The position numbers and the translations under genes were made by a program. 64,000 nt of DNA from Eledone cirrhosa (Eukaryota). The notes under the pieces are model-generated. The model saw nothing but the letters and a program-made list of their open reading frames with translations, was not told the DNA's origin and ran no database searches. Each line of letters starts with the position of its first letter. The stretch's first letter is position 1. The stretch spans positions 216,318,001 through 216,382,000 of the forward strand of contig OZ024740.1 in NCBI GenBank assembly GCA_964016885.1, written 5' to 3'. Positions 35,948-49,478 of this stretch are shown here, one piece after another.

Positions 35948-36137
35948 TACGTGAATATAAGCCAAGGAATATATAACCAAAATAACGATTGTAAATTGGG
36001 GGGAAGGGGGTCAGTTTATATACTCTATCTAAACAATGTGTTGATTAGCTGCCTTGGTTTATAAATGGGGTTTGGATTTTTGCCCATTTCTCAGACATAA
36101 AATAGGGCGGTTGGCTTATATTCGAGAATATATGGTA
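35948..36137. mobile_element. pogo/Tc2-type MITE
   Basis: GAATATAAGCC...GGCTTATATTCGAGAATATATGGTA; homologous to 29245-29442. Confidence 0.65.
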
Positions 36138-38059
36138 AATTCAATTCTTTCAACATAATTTGATATAAGAACCTTTTATTATGTTATGTTACAAATGCCA
36201 TATTAATTAAATAATTTACAATTTTAAATCCCCCCCCACCCAACTCTTCATTAATTAATTTATATACAATATATTTCAGTAGAAATATGAATATAAAATG
36301 ATGATTACAGTGTTTTTGTTTTCTACTTAATAATATTCAGCCCCATACTAACATGGAAATTAGGTATAAAACATTGAAGAGACAATATTGTGGCTAGTGA
36401 TAACTGGAATATATTCCATCAGTTTTTATAACCTTTGTCAGGTTATCTTATAAGTTTTATGATTTTGATATTATTATAAAGTTTGTTTTTTCTAGCATTC
36501 TATAATTTGTATTTTTACTTAAACTTCCTTTATTTCCTCACTTGTTCAGAATTTTGCTAAATGTGAAATTAAAAATTTAAAAAAATCAAACAATTCTTAC
36601 ATTCCATTTGAAATATTTTGTTTTAATTAATCACATCTTTCTTCTAAATCAAATGTTATTGCATTGAAGTAACTAGATTTGAAATGTTTATTTAGTTTCC
36701 AGAAGAGGTTACATGTAAGAGTCTCGAAAATTGATGGAACTATCCAAGAATCTGATTGAGGTTTTGGGCCAAGTTCTGATATTTGTATGAGAAATAAAAC
36801 TACATAAATAATACAATACAACTTATATAAGGTTTCTGATTTATATGTAACTAATTGTTATTGACTATTTACTGGTTTATTTGATATCTTATTTATTTTT
36901 GTACATATTTGGGGTTGATGACAGATAAAGGATTCTATGAAGAGGTGGATGATGTAAAAATATTTGGAGTACCTGGTTTATGTTGTGACTGTATTGATAA
37001 TATTTGGGGTCCCTGGTTTATGTTGTGACTATATTGATAATATTTGGGGTCCCTAGTTTATGTTGTGACTGTATTGATTTTTAAAAAACTGTTAATCAAT
37101 TAATTGATCCACTTCCCATGTTGACATGGGCTGGTCTGAGTCAGTTTTTATTCAGAGTTATTAACTACCTTTCTAAATTGGTCTGAGGAACCACATTTCA
37201 CTCTTGTTTTCCAATATTTGGTTTGATTTCTATAACTTGATGCCTTTGCAGGGTGTATTGAGTGCATTCTACATGAGCACCAGATTTGCATTAGTTGTTT
37301 TATATATTAAATATTGAAGTTAATAAAATAGTTTTTACATCAAAATAATAAGCCATTAGCCCTATGAAAATAAAATGCAAAGAAAATTGTGAACAGTTCA
37401 CACATAACATTGATTATTGATCTCGCAGACTTGACTGTGTATTTATAATGGTTTAATGTATGTTCGAGAGTAATGGTGAATATTGTTCAGTAAAAAGGAA
37501 GACATATGTCTGTAGTATTATGAAACTGTACATTAAGACATATGTCTGTAGTATTATGAAACAGTGTTTAATTGTACATTAAGATATTGTTATATAGTTT
37601 CTCTCAGCAATACAAACAAGTCAATTGTGTCATTAAAAGCTGTAAATAATTTTGTTCAATCTTCTTGTCAGATTGAGACATACAGAACCTGGCAATAGCT
37701 TCCACTTGCTAGGTTATCTGTTAATGGAGCTCTACAGTAACCTGCCACTTGCTTACATTGAATTTCCTTGCTTATCTGTCAGAGATGAAGGAAAAAACAA
37801 TAAAAACAGGCTTCAATCTTACATTCTTTTTTATATATCTTTCATAAACATTTGTTGATAGTCAAAATACATGTAAACATTGGAAGTCACTTAATTGCTA
37901 TTATTTCACTGTGGCTGTCAATCTTTTGCTATGGTCACTGAACTACAGAAAAATGTTCCAGAGAATTCCTACATACTGAAGTCAACTCTGTAATAACATT
38001 AAAGAAATATTATACATCATACAATATAAAACATATGAACTTGTGGTAATATATATATG

Positions 38060-38108
<49 letters not shown>

Positions 38109-38212
38109 ATTTGTATGTGTAAAATGTATTATCAGCATTGGAAAGACTAATGGAAACATTGTTTCCTTGGTCCAATTTGATGAGTTCTATCCCACTCGAT
38201 TAAATATGTATA

Positions 38213-38560
38213 TCATCATCATCATCATCATCATCATTTTATGTCCACTTTTCCCTGCTTGCAAGGGTGGGACGGGAACTGATTCTGGCTTGATTTCTCC
38301 AGCTGGATGCCCTTCCTAACACCAACCTCATTTACAGTGAGTGCTGGGTGCTTTTTTGCCGTGACACCTCCACGACCACGTTGCAGTGGAATGATTTGGA
38401 CCCCAGTCCCTATCATCTCATTTCTACAGCTGAGTAAACTGGAGCAATGTGAAATAAAGTGTCTTGCTCAAGGAAACAACACATCACCCGGTCTGAGAAT
38501 TGAACTCACAACCTTTCGATTGCAAGGCCAATGCTCTAACCACTAAGCCATGTGCCTCCA
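38213..38560 (-). mobile_element. SINE family A, full length
   Basis: Reverse complement of 3124-3466. Confidence 0.92.
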
Positions 38561-38569
38561 TATATATAT

Positions 38570-38680
38570 GTATATATTATTAGCAAAATTTAAAAATTTA
38601 AACAATTTCTGCTTTTACCCTCGGGTGAAAGCAGAAATTGATAGCTTCAACTTTTAATGTGCTACTAATAAATATATAGA
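38570..38680. repeat. Short fold-back palindrome with hammerhead-like 3' half
   Basis: CAATTTCTGCTTTTACCC-TC-GGGTGAAAGCAGAAATTG; GAAAGC...GCTT then AATAAA. Confidence 0.55.
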
Positions 38681-38683
38681 TAT

Positions 38684-39022
38684 ACATGGCTTAGTGGTTA
38701 GAGCGTTGGCCTTGCAATCGAAAGGTTGTGAGTTCAATTCTCAGACCGGGTGATGCGTTGTTTCCTTAAGCAAGACACTTTATTTCACATTGCTCCAGTT
38801 TACTCAGCTGTAGAAATGAGATGATAGGAACTGGAGTCTCTATCATTCAACTGCAAAGTGGTCGTGGAGGTGCCACGGAAAAAAAGCACCCAGCACTCAC
38901 TGTAAATGAGGTTGGTGTTAGAAAGGGCATCCAGCTGTAGAAATCAAGCCAGAATCAGTTCCCGTCCCACCCTTGCAAGCAGGGAAAAAGCAGACGTAAA
39001 ATGAAATGATGATGATGATGAT
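38684..39022 (+). mobile_element. SINE family A
   Basis: Matches 3124-3466. Confidence 0.92.
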
Positions 39023-39716
39023 TTACTATATGGGTTTATATATATATACACATAACAACCCTTATCGAGTCCTCTCCAGATTTTGGTCTTGTATTTATTA
39101 TTACTACTATATATATAAATTAGGTAGTAACATGTGCTTACACTGTATTTGACTAAATAAAATTAGTCTGTTAGTTGGGGTTTTTTAAAAAACCCTGGAA
39201 AACATAGAACATGAGCCTACATCTTTGGTTTGCCGGACCAATGTGTTACCATTGTCAAATCCGGCATAAGCACATGTTACTACCTAATTTTCTAATTTGG
39301 TAGCTGTTTGTAAACAAAGCCTGCTTTGTGTCTCCCTATTTATATACTATATATATCTTTATATATAGACACTAAATTCATTAAAATATGGGATTGTGGC
39401 AAGAAAGTCACCAGGTCATAGAAAAACTATTTCAAAAACAGTATAGTTAATACAAAGCATTGTGAGATATGTAATAACAGACTGATAAGTTTCAAAAATC
39501 TGGTACAATGTGGTAGAAAAAGAACAAATGATGTAAAATAAAAGAAAACAAATTAATGTTCTACCGAGTAAATTTCAATATGATATTTCAGGGCTATAAC
39601 CCTCTTTTCAAATGTGGAGCTGAAACGGTTCAAAACAAAACAAACGATCAATGTATTCTTCCTTAAGTGGCCTACCTGTCTGAAATATGCTTGTGTGAAG
39701 TCATTATATGTTGTAA

Positions 39717-39960
39717 TCATCATCATCACCGTTTTACGTCCATTTTTCCACACTAGTATAGGTTAGACGAGTTATTCTGTTGCAGGCAATGCTAGGTCAG
39801 GTGACCATGTCTTGCTCCTACAGAACTGATCTTGGCTCGGTTTCTACAGCTGGATGTTCTTCCTAATGCCAACCTCATTTACAGTGACTACTGGGGGCTT
39901 TTTGTCATGATGCCTACACAACCACTTTGCAGTATGGACTGGGTGCTTTTTGTCATAATA
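39717..39960 (-). mobile_element. RTE subfamily C 3' UTR copy (degenerate)
   Basis: Similar to 17850-18130. Confidence 0.7.
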
Positions 39961-41082
39961 CACTAGGTAAAACAATACTTTGTTTTGTTTATTTATCATT
40001 TATCCTTTGTATTTTTCTACAGCATTGTACTGGCTTTTTGAAAATTATCGGTCTTTTATTTCGAAAATGTCTCATTCACCCCATGCCAGCATGGAAAAAG
40101 TTGCCGTCAATACAATTATTATTTCTTCATTGGTTGTCTGAGACAATTTAAATGAATTATTTATTTATATTCTTCATGTTCATGAGGATTATTTGTTGAC
40201 ATGACTATTTTGTCTTGAACTGCAATAAAGGTGGACAAATCTTCTAGTTCTCTTCATATCTCTTCATCAAATACAGAGCAGTAAAAAGAACATATTAGAA
40301 TAAACTGCTTAACCATCTCATGGAATAGAATTATATAACAAAGCCTTTCTTTTTTTTCTCTACCATTTAAGTCTTTTCTCACTGAACACTAATACTACCA
40401 AATTAAGATTTACCATTGCGTTATTATTATTGTTGTTGTTGTTGTCACTTCTGACATGACAGAGGAGAATTTTCACAGTTATAGCCAAGGAATTAAGGAT
40501 TCCTCAGATATTTTGTTTTTCTATTTCCACAAAGTTGTACACAGAAAAGAAAATTGGCCAAGATTTAGTTCTAAGCAACTAGCTATTAAACACTTTTGTC
40601 GCTCATTTGAAGTGAGACTGCATTAAGTTTGATGTCAATCACAATTAAGTTAGCTCATGTCTTTGGTGATCAATTGGATATTATTGAACTGCACAGTCAC
40701 TCTCTCTCTATGATATCAACTTTCAATTTGTTGCCTACACTGATATATATATTATATTGTATATATATATATATATACACACATACATGTTTATATATAT
40801 ATATATTATTTACGACGACAGTTAAAGCTGGTAAAAGAATTCAATCTGAGGCCAAATGAAAGACAAAATATAAACTAAATAAAGAACCAAATTGATAGGA
40901 GGCCATTTAGGAAGGAAAGATGGTGACTGTGCTTGGATATTTTTAGCAAGAATATTTGGTTTTAACAAAAATAACTTGAAATAAATGCATTCATTTTTTA
41001 AGCATGTTATCATCATAATCATCATCGTCATCATTTTATGTCCACAATCCATCCTCTCATGGGTTGGACAGCTTGGATATAA

Positions 41083-41290
41083 ATAATGATTTTTAATTTA
41101 GGTACAAGGCCAACAATCTTTGGGGGAGAGGAAAGTCAATTAATTTGATCCCAGTGCATTACTGTTACTTTATTTTATCGACCCCATAAGGATGAAACGC
41201 AAAGCCAACCTCAGCAGGCTTTGATCTTAGAATGTAAAGGGACATATCTATATGCCATACAGCATGTTGTCTGATGCTCTACTGATTCTA
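41083..41290 (-). mobile_element. SINE family B (degenerate)
   Basis: TTTTATCGACCCCATAAGGATGAAACGC core. Confidence 0.75.
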
Positions 41291-41477
41291 TAATAAATAT
41301 AAATAATTGTCTAACCTATGCCAGCGTGGAAATATGGACATTAAACAGTGATGATGATGGTGAGGAATTCAACCATATGAGCAAGGTGTGGTTATCCAAC
41401 CCATCTAGCCTTGGCCTGTCATGAGCTGCCCAACCCGTGCCAACTCTAATTGTCTCAGGCATAAACAACTAGTAAAG

Positions 41478-41671
41478 TAATAATTGTTTCTACTTTTGGC
41501 ACAAGGCTAGCAATTATCCCAGTGCATTACTGGTACTTTATTTTATCGACCCCGTAAGGATGAAAGGCAAGTTAACCTAGGCGGGATTTGAACTCAGAAT
41601 GGCAAGGGCCGTAACTCTATCCATCAAAGCATGGCGTCCAACCCTCTACCGATACTGCCAATTCACCGCCC
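41478..41671 (-). mobile_element. SINE family B with probable TSD
   Basis: Full copy; CTAGTAAAGTAATAAT occurs on both sides (41469 and 41671). Confidence 0.9.
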
Positions 41672-41709
41672 TAGTAAAGTAATAATCATCATCAATTTTA
41701 TATCCACAA

Positions 41710-42100
41710 TGGAGCCACATGGCTTAGTGGTGAGAGCATTGGGCTTGCAATCGAAAGGTTGTGAGTTCAATTCTCAGACTGGGTGATGTGTTGTTTCCTT
41801 GAGCAAGACACTTTATTTCACATAGCTCCAGTTTACTAAGCTGTAGAAATGAGATGATAGGACTGGGGTCCATATCATTCCACTGCAAAGTGGTCGTGGA
41901 GGTGCCACAGCAAAAAAGCACCCAGCCCACACTGTAAAGTGGACATATAGGTGCCACGGAAAAAAAAGCACCCAGCACTCACTGTAAATGAGGTTGGTGT
42001 TAGGAAGGGCATCCAGCTGTAGAAATCAAGCTAGAATCAGTTCCTGTCCCACCCTTGCAAGCAGGGAAAAGCGGACGTAAAAGGATGATGATGATGATGG
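41710..42100 (+). mobile_element. SINE family A with an extra ~48-bp internal repeat unit
   Basis: Matches 3124-3466 plus a duplicated AAAAAGCACCCAGC..CACTGTAAA unit. Confidence 0.9.
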
Positions 42101-42751
42101 TGATGATTTTCCACCATCATCATCGTTTAACATCCATTTTCCACGCTAGCATGGGTTTCCATGTTGGTGACAATTGGGGAAGATTTCATTTCTTGTAGTT
42201 TTTCTATGGCCAGATTCCCTGAGAAAGAATACAACTTCCTAGATGATGAAAGATAATATTCTATAAACCATGAATACTTTTTTCAAAAGTATGTCTGGAA
42301 TGGTTTCATCTTATTCACTCCAGGTATATGTGAGGATTTGGACTGACCTCGTTTTGTGAATGAAATATGTCAATTATACAACACCTCTACTGCTTAATTC
42401 ATCAAAATATTGACCCCGAATATAATCCCCCTTCCCCCTACATGTTACCATTGATTTCTTTTGGTCACATATTCCTTGGTTTATATTCAATTATCTATGG
42501 TATAATATTTATATTAAACATTCATTAAAATGTAGCATTTACTCTAATGATCTGACATTTTTATTGTAAAACACTGGGCTTTTTATAATATAAGTTTGGG
42601 GATTTCATATTATATTGGAAGAATTTATTTTAATCTTTCCAAAAATTACAGACTTTCTAAAGATTTTTACATTACCTATATTCAATTATGGAAAATGGTT
42701 ATTTTTATGTTTTAATATTGATTTTAGGAAAGCCAGACAGTTCCTATAGAC

Positions 42752-43446
42752 CAAAGGTTCTCAACGGGGGGGGGGGGGGGGCATATGCACCCCCGGGGGG
42801 CGTTTCGGAACTCCAGGGGGGCGTTTGGGAGCAAGGTCACGTTAGGGGGACGCTGGAAGGCTCTTTATTTTGGTAAGTTTTATAAGCCATATTTGTTTGT
42901 CTTTGAGACAGCCAGTGTGAATGCATTTGAATGAGCTTGCAGGCAGCATAACTATAGTCTGACCGCAGCTGTGAGCAGGTGTGCAGGCATGTCCGGTAAT
43001 TGAGACGTTAACCGGTAATTGAGATCCTAAAAATGGAAAAACCCACAGTCAACTGGGTCAAAGACACTTTGAGTGCAGCCAGTTAGAATCTTATCTTTCC
43101 TTCACCGATAACAATGTATTTCATGTCTGAAATTATTGACTCAACCGTAACGAGTTAACACTATGTAGATCTATTTTATTCCCTATTGTATAAATAATAT
43201 TACAAATAAAAAAAAGAAAAGAAAAAAAACAGAAGCGAGTAGAACACACATCTAGGACCACATACAACACATAATCAGATAATACACACATCTTTGGAAT
43301 ATTGATAATCGATTTTTTAGTAATCTACTGATATAAAAATCAGTAGTATATTGAAAAATGGAAAAATAGGTGGGGGGGGGGGGGGGCGTTTCGTGATTTC
43401 GAGGGACAAAAGGGGGCGTTTGGCCTAAATGGGTTGAGAACCTGTG
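42752..43446. mobile_element. hAT (Charlie-like) non-autonomous element with perfect 8-bp TSD
   Basis: TIR CAAAGGTTCTCAAC / GTTGAGAACCTGTG; TSD CTATAGAC at 42744-42751 and 43447-43454; subterminal GGGGGCGTTT repeats. Confidence 0.92.
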
Positions 43447-43808
43447 CTATAGACCTTGATATGTCTTCCCAAAGAGTGAGGTCAAAATTTTGATAGGTAT
43501 TGTGTTCTTTATATTTAAAGTTCTGAAGAAGATCCAGAAGGATACCAATTAATGGAAAGGGTTAGGGCGGTACATTGTTTAGAATAGCAGAGCTGATTGT
43601 AGTAGCAGTACACATAGCACAACAGTTGAAACAGGACTTAGCCATGTTGGCCCTGTGACATGCTTTATGCTCATCATTGGGTCTTTTTTTGAGGCAATAT
43701 TTTATGGTTGGATGCCCTTCTTGGGACTAACCATATTAGTCACATCTTACCACAAGTAGGAACATGATATATCTATTCTAAACCAAATCCATGCAGGATT
43801 TTCATAAT

Positions 43809-44046
43809 TTAACCCTTTAGCATTTAAACCAGCCATATCCGGCCAGAATTCTCTCACCTCATTCTATTCAAACCGGCTTTAACTGGCCGTTCATACTGAT
43901 ATTAAGGTATTGTTCTCAAAATAAATAACATCAAAATCTCATAGATTTAATAGATTCAATATTATGTGAGATAATTATGTGAGGTAAAGCCTTTACTATG
44001 AAAATAATATAGTATATATAGAGTAATGTAAATGCTAAACGGTTAA
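43809..44046. mobile_element. piggyBac-like MITE family 1
   Basis: TTAA-CCCTTTAGCATTT...AAATGCTAAACGG-TTAA. Confidence 0.88.
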
Positions 44047-44842
44047 AGATGGAATTTATGATTTGTATAGTTAAATATTGACTCCAGAGAAATGGAGCAG
44101 TTCATATTAATACATAGCTTAAAATATTAGAGATAACTGTAGTAACAGTACATAGAATGGAACAAGTGTTGTAAGGCTATTATTTTTTTTGCTAAAGCGT
44201 TAGCCCAGTGACAGGTTTCATATTCACCATGGAACCTTTATAAGGCAATGTTTTACAGATAGGTGTCCTTCCAAGTGCCAACTCTTATTAGTTACCTCTT
44301 ATAACACACACAGATATGCTGTATGGATTCCAAACCAGATTCAAGCAACATAATCGTGAAGGCACGTGCCTTTGTGGCTAGAGAGTTAGATTCACAATTG
44401 TGAGGTTGTAAGTTCATTTCCTGGGCCAGGTGATGCACCATGTCCTTCAGCAAGGTACTTTATTTCATGCTGCTTCTTCTGTCAAGGATTGACTGGTAGA
44501 TAGTATCTGTAATTGGAAAGACCAATATGAGTCCCACTTCACTCAATAAGTAAATTGTATTAACTATTAATAATAGTGGTTGTTACTGAATGAAGTTTTT
44601 TTTTTATTATTTGTATGGCCTATTTTTGGATAGCTACACTATCTCAGATATAATGTACAATACAATATGACATGGACATGTGTATATTTTAGGCAATCAC
44701 AAACTGTTCAAGGTTAAATAGTTTTTTAACTCTGAGTAGGAGGGTTTGCCATTAGTGTTTAATACTTGGATAAGTTATATTCACAAATTTTTTGTGTGTG
44801 TGCATGCGTGCACACAATGACTGAAATATAGCCTCATTAGCT

Positions 44843-45080
44843 TCCAATCCAATCCCTTCTCCCTCCTGTTGGAGGAACCCCTCCTTTGTTGACTCCCTAC
44901 TGCTTCCTGTTTTGTTTTGGTCATGTCTTCAGGGATAGGGCTGTACTCACATACCTACATGCATATCCAATCTAATCCAAGGCCTTCTCACTCCTGTTGG
45001 AGGAACTTCTCCTTAGTCGATCACCCCCCACGCTACTTACTCTTTGCTTTTGGTCATGTCAGGGGTGCAGCCATACTCAC
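44843..45080. repeat. Diverged ~120-bp tandem duplication
   Basis: TCCAATC...CTCCTGTTGGAGGAAC...TTTTGGTCATGTC...TACTCAC occurs twice. Confidence 0.75.
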
Positions 45081-46799
45081 TATCTTAGTAGCTTAAATAT
45101 ACAGAAAACCAAGTCAGTAAATTATTATATATGAATATTCTAGATTACACAGCTGGGTTGTTTGCTACATGGTCAAGATTTTATAATTTTTTACAAACTT
45201 TATGATAAGATCTTAGACAAATATCGTTTTTCACATTACCAAAGTGTTTTAGGTTTATAATTGACACCACTTCTACTATTAGTGTTGTGGTCAATATTCT
45301 GGGAGGATATTTGACTCCCCCCACCCCCCACCCACACACACACACGCCCCAAGAAAAAAAAAAAAAAACACTTCAACAGTTTGCATGTTAACATCCTGTA
45401 AGAAAGATATAGAATATAAAATGAATATTCAAATTATAATTATAATATGATATTTCTTTTTTTAATTTGATTGACAAGATCCCTGACCTCATCTGCTTAC
45501 CAAGTGGGATGGAACTTGCCAAATTGGACCAAAGAAACAATGTTTCCAGTGGTTTTTCCATTGCTCATAACTATTGCCAGTTGCAACTCCTGGCAGAAAG
45601 ATCAGTGTGAAATAAAGTATCTTGCTCAAGAACATAACACATCACCCGGTCCTTAATAATATTGTTACTAAAAAATAGTTTTCTTGGCAAAGCTCATTGT
45701 TTATCAATTTTAAACCCATTGGGCTTAGTTTAAAAATAAACCTACATTTGGATCAGTATCCAGTTATTGGAGACAGAAATTCCATCAAAGTAATATCATC
45801 TACCCAGGAAGCCTCTGTAACTATTTTTATTTTAGGGCTATTTCTTTTTGGTTTTTGTTGTATTTTACTAACCAAACAGAAAACAACCTATCCAAGACTA
45901 AGAAGTTGGAAGGAGGAAGATCTCTCCAAACTGGAAACACGATCTGAATGATTGGAACAGAATGGGCTTTACCAACCACAGACCAGATGATGGTGTTAAA
46001 CCAGAAGATGGATTAAGTCTAGCACCTACATTGGCCACACTGGACAAGTGCAATTTAAAAATGGTGCATCATTTGAACCCATAAGGCTGAAACAGATCTT
46101 GTGAAATATTACCAGTCCACTGCCCCTGGACTGTTGACCCCTAACAGGGTGAAAGGCAAAGTTGTTCTCAGCAGAGAGCTGAAACAAATCAAATTACGGT
46201 TCAGTTGTTGATTAATTAAACATAATTTTATTTGATTTGTAACTATAATTGTTACTAAATGTTCTACAGATATCATTTAGAGTTTTATGAAATTCTTAAT
46301 TTTTCCTAATATATGAACGAAAACATTGGATTGATATCATTTCTACCAAATTAGTTTATTATTCAATATAGTAACACTGAAATGTTAATTTATACTTTTA
46401 GCTTTGTGTCATAATATAAATATATATAAACCACTTAAGATTGTATTGATTTTTTTTTTGTATTATATATATATGTGTGTGCATATGTGTGCGTGTATAT
46501 AACACACATGGTATATTAGATGATTAAAACTAAGGAACAGTTGGTAAATTCCAATAAGCAGTCAGACATGGCATTAATATAGATAAAAAAGGACATTAAT
46601 TTTATTAGCTACTAATTTTATCATGACTAATTATGTACTACAGTAAACATTGAAAATTGTTTTAAGGCCTATATATGTTTAGAAGCTTTTGAACTGATTT
46701 TGAATGTAAATTTTCTTTTAAATCTATCAGTTAAGAAATTAAGAAATATTTTCTTGGTGAAATACTTGCTTTTATGAAATCAATTTGACATTTGGAACA

Positions 46800-47035
46800 T
46801 GTCATCACCATCATCATCACCATCATCATCATCACCATCACCACCATCATCACCACCATCATCATCATCACCATCATCATCATCACCATCATCATCACCA
46901 TCATCATCATCACCATCACCATCATCACCATCACCACCATCATCATCACCATCATCAGCATCACCATCATCATTAACATCATTAACATCATTATCATTTT
47001 ACACCCTCCTTTCCATGTTGGCATGGGTTGGATGG
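46800..47035 (-). repeat. Expanded (CAT/CAC)n microsatellite forming the tail of an RTE-type 3' end
   Basis: Followed by TTTTACACCCTCCTTTCCATGTTGGCATGGGTTGGA, the reverse complement of the RTE terminal motif. Confidence 0.85.
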
Positions 47036-47653
47036 ATCCTTAGAGACTAAGTCATTACTTAATGAGAGCTTAATGAGAACCACAGTCTTTTAGATGTATT
47101 GGGGGCCATGCTACACTCATGTTCAGGTTTACTGTGAAACCAGCACTAAAGGGATTGCTATGTCTTCGATATTTAAAAAGGGTTCTCTCAACCAATCTTC
47201 ACATTGTATACAATTGGATAACCTTTCTAATGTCAACCACTTTACTGAATGTATTGAGTGTATTTTCTCACAGTACAAGCACAAGAGAGGTTGTCTTGTC
47301 CTTGACATAACTAGCAAGTCCTCACACTCAGTTTTAGCATTGTTTATGTAGCTTGATGCCCTTCCTAATACTGACCACTTTAAACAGTGTACTGGGTGCA
47401 TTTTATCGTAGCACTATCGACACTAGAGAGGTTGTCAGGTTTTTGACTGGGCTGAAGAGCACCCCCTACCCTGTTTGTTACTGGTTGAATATCTAGCACT
47501 TCACAGAGTGTATTGAGTGCATTCTATGGGGTTGGAGGTGTTGCCTTGTTCCAAAGCAAATGTGTTCAAGATTGAAAATAAAGTGATGTTTAAGAGGAAA
47601 CCAGGATGTATAAGGAGTGGTTGATGACCGATTCCAGTCATAGGAAGGACCCG

Positions 47654-48284
47654 TAGTAGTAGTTGATAGCTTCTGCTATCTAGGCAATGTAATTAGCAAT
47701 GGGGGAGGGTGCTCTGAGAGCATAATAGCTACAATAAGGATAGGATGGGAAAAGTTCAGAGAGTTACTTCCACTGTTGACTAGAAAAGGTTTCTCTACAT
47801 ACAAACGGATGACTGTTTGGCGCCTGTGTGTGAAGTGTGATGCTGCATGGTAGTGAAACATGGGCTGTGACTGCAGTGGACATGCGTTGGCTGGAGAGAA
47901 GTGAAGCAACCATGCTCCGTTGGATGTGCAATGTAAGTGTGAGAGAAATGCAAGAGTTGGATGAGTTGAAGGAGAAGCTGGATTTAAGAGGATTTCTAAG
48001 TTGGTGTGCTGGAGAGAAGACTGCATTGGTATGGACATGTGATGTACATGGACAATGATTGTTGGGTGAAGAAATTCCAGGAAATCCCAGTGGAAGGAAG
48101 TCGCAGTACAGGTAAACCAAGAAAGACCTGAGCAGAGATTGTGGAAGCTGACCTCAAATCACTGTCTCACAGAAGAGATGACAAATGATTGCGATGTGTG
48201 GAGAGGCGCCATGTTGAGAAGGACCCATCCAACCCATGCAAGTGTGGAAAGAATGGACGTAAAAATGATGACTATGATGATGAT
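47654..48284 (+). pseudogene. Decayed RTE 3' fragment
   Basis: VVVDSFCYLGNVISNGGGCSESI..RIGWEKFRELLPLL...MLHGSETWAV..MLRWMCN; (TGA)n tail. Confidence 0.9.
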
Positions 48285-49103
48285 CTCATTTACATATGTT
48301 CCCACACTATAGAGAGGGTACATTTTATCTTGACACCGGTATTTAGGGAGGTTATGCCTTTAACATGACTGAAGAATCCTTCCAATCTTTTCTTAGGTAA
48401 CATATAGTTGTATATGTGTATAATGTATATTTAGTATCATCATCACCGTTTAACATCCATGTTTCCATACTAGCATGGGTTATAAGTATTAAAAGAAATA
48501 TTCCATCAAAAGATGTTCTGTTAAATGGCTGAATAGTATCAAAACTTAAGAATTTGAGTTTCCATGAAAGTAGTAGAGAAATTGTTGGTGATAGGATATT
48601 TTGATAAAATCCAATGGGGATTACATTGATTGTATATCCAGCCATCAATCATGTTTTACAACAGTCAACCATCTTGTAAAGAACCTTCTTAAACTCTGAC
48701 AATAGAAGATAACTTAGCACCATCACTAAATGATGTAATAATACCATGTGGAATATATGCAAATGAATTTACCAAACTGGTTATATAATCACATGAGACT
48801 TATAGAATATGGGAGACTTTCCTATATTTTGAAGTGAGAGAGAGAGAGAGAGTACATTTATATCCAAGAAGAAGAATGCATTAAACCTGGCTTGGTTCTA
48901 GAATATCATAAAAATCAATGCAAATGGCAAGTTATTATGTGGAATTCTTGCTGACATAACATTGGCTAGAAATGTCTTTCTACTTCTCTTTTCTGGAATG
49001 TTTGTCATAGGAACTCTTTATTTTTGCCTTGTTTCCCTGAAAGACTTAATGTTAATTATTTTAAATTTGCTGATTGTTTTATGATTCCAAGAACAGCATT
49101 TCC

Positions 49104-49325
49104 TTAACCCTTTCATTACCAAACAGCCTGAAACTGGCTCTCTTTTTATGAAACAACTACCCATTTTTAAGTGTTCTTTTAAATTAATATTTTCCAACAT
49201 AATTTTACATAAGATCCACATATTAAATTACCAACTTTGCAATAAAATTATTAATAATTTTAGTAAATTCTTCAAAACCTTTCGTGAATTAATTAGAAAT
49301 AGAAATATGGTAATGAAAGGGTTAG
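49104..49325. mobile_element. piggyBac-like MITE family 2
   Basis: TTAA-CCCTTTCATTACC...GGTAATGAAAGGG-TTAG. Confidence 0.8.
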
Positions 49326-49478
49326 GCAGCAAATTGGCAGTCGTTAGAATGTCAGATAGAATGCTTTGTGGTATTCATTTCAGCTTTTTGCTCTCTGAGT
49401 TCAAATCCCACCGAAGTCAACTTTGCCTTTCATCCATTCAAGGTTGATAAAAAAGTACCAGTCAAGTACTGGGTTGAT
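49326..49478 (+). mobile_element. SINE family B (older)
   Basis: TTGGCAGTCGTTAG...GAGTTCAAATCCC...GCCTTTCATCC. Confidence 0.75.

Noticed and set aside
46731-47050. Poly-His / Met-Val / Ser-Pro ORFs
   Set aside because: Translations of a (CAT/CAC)n microsatellite that is a retroelement tail.
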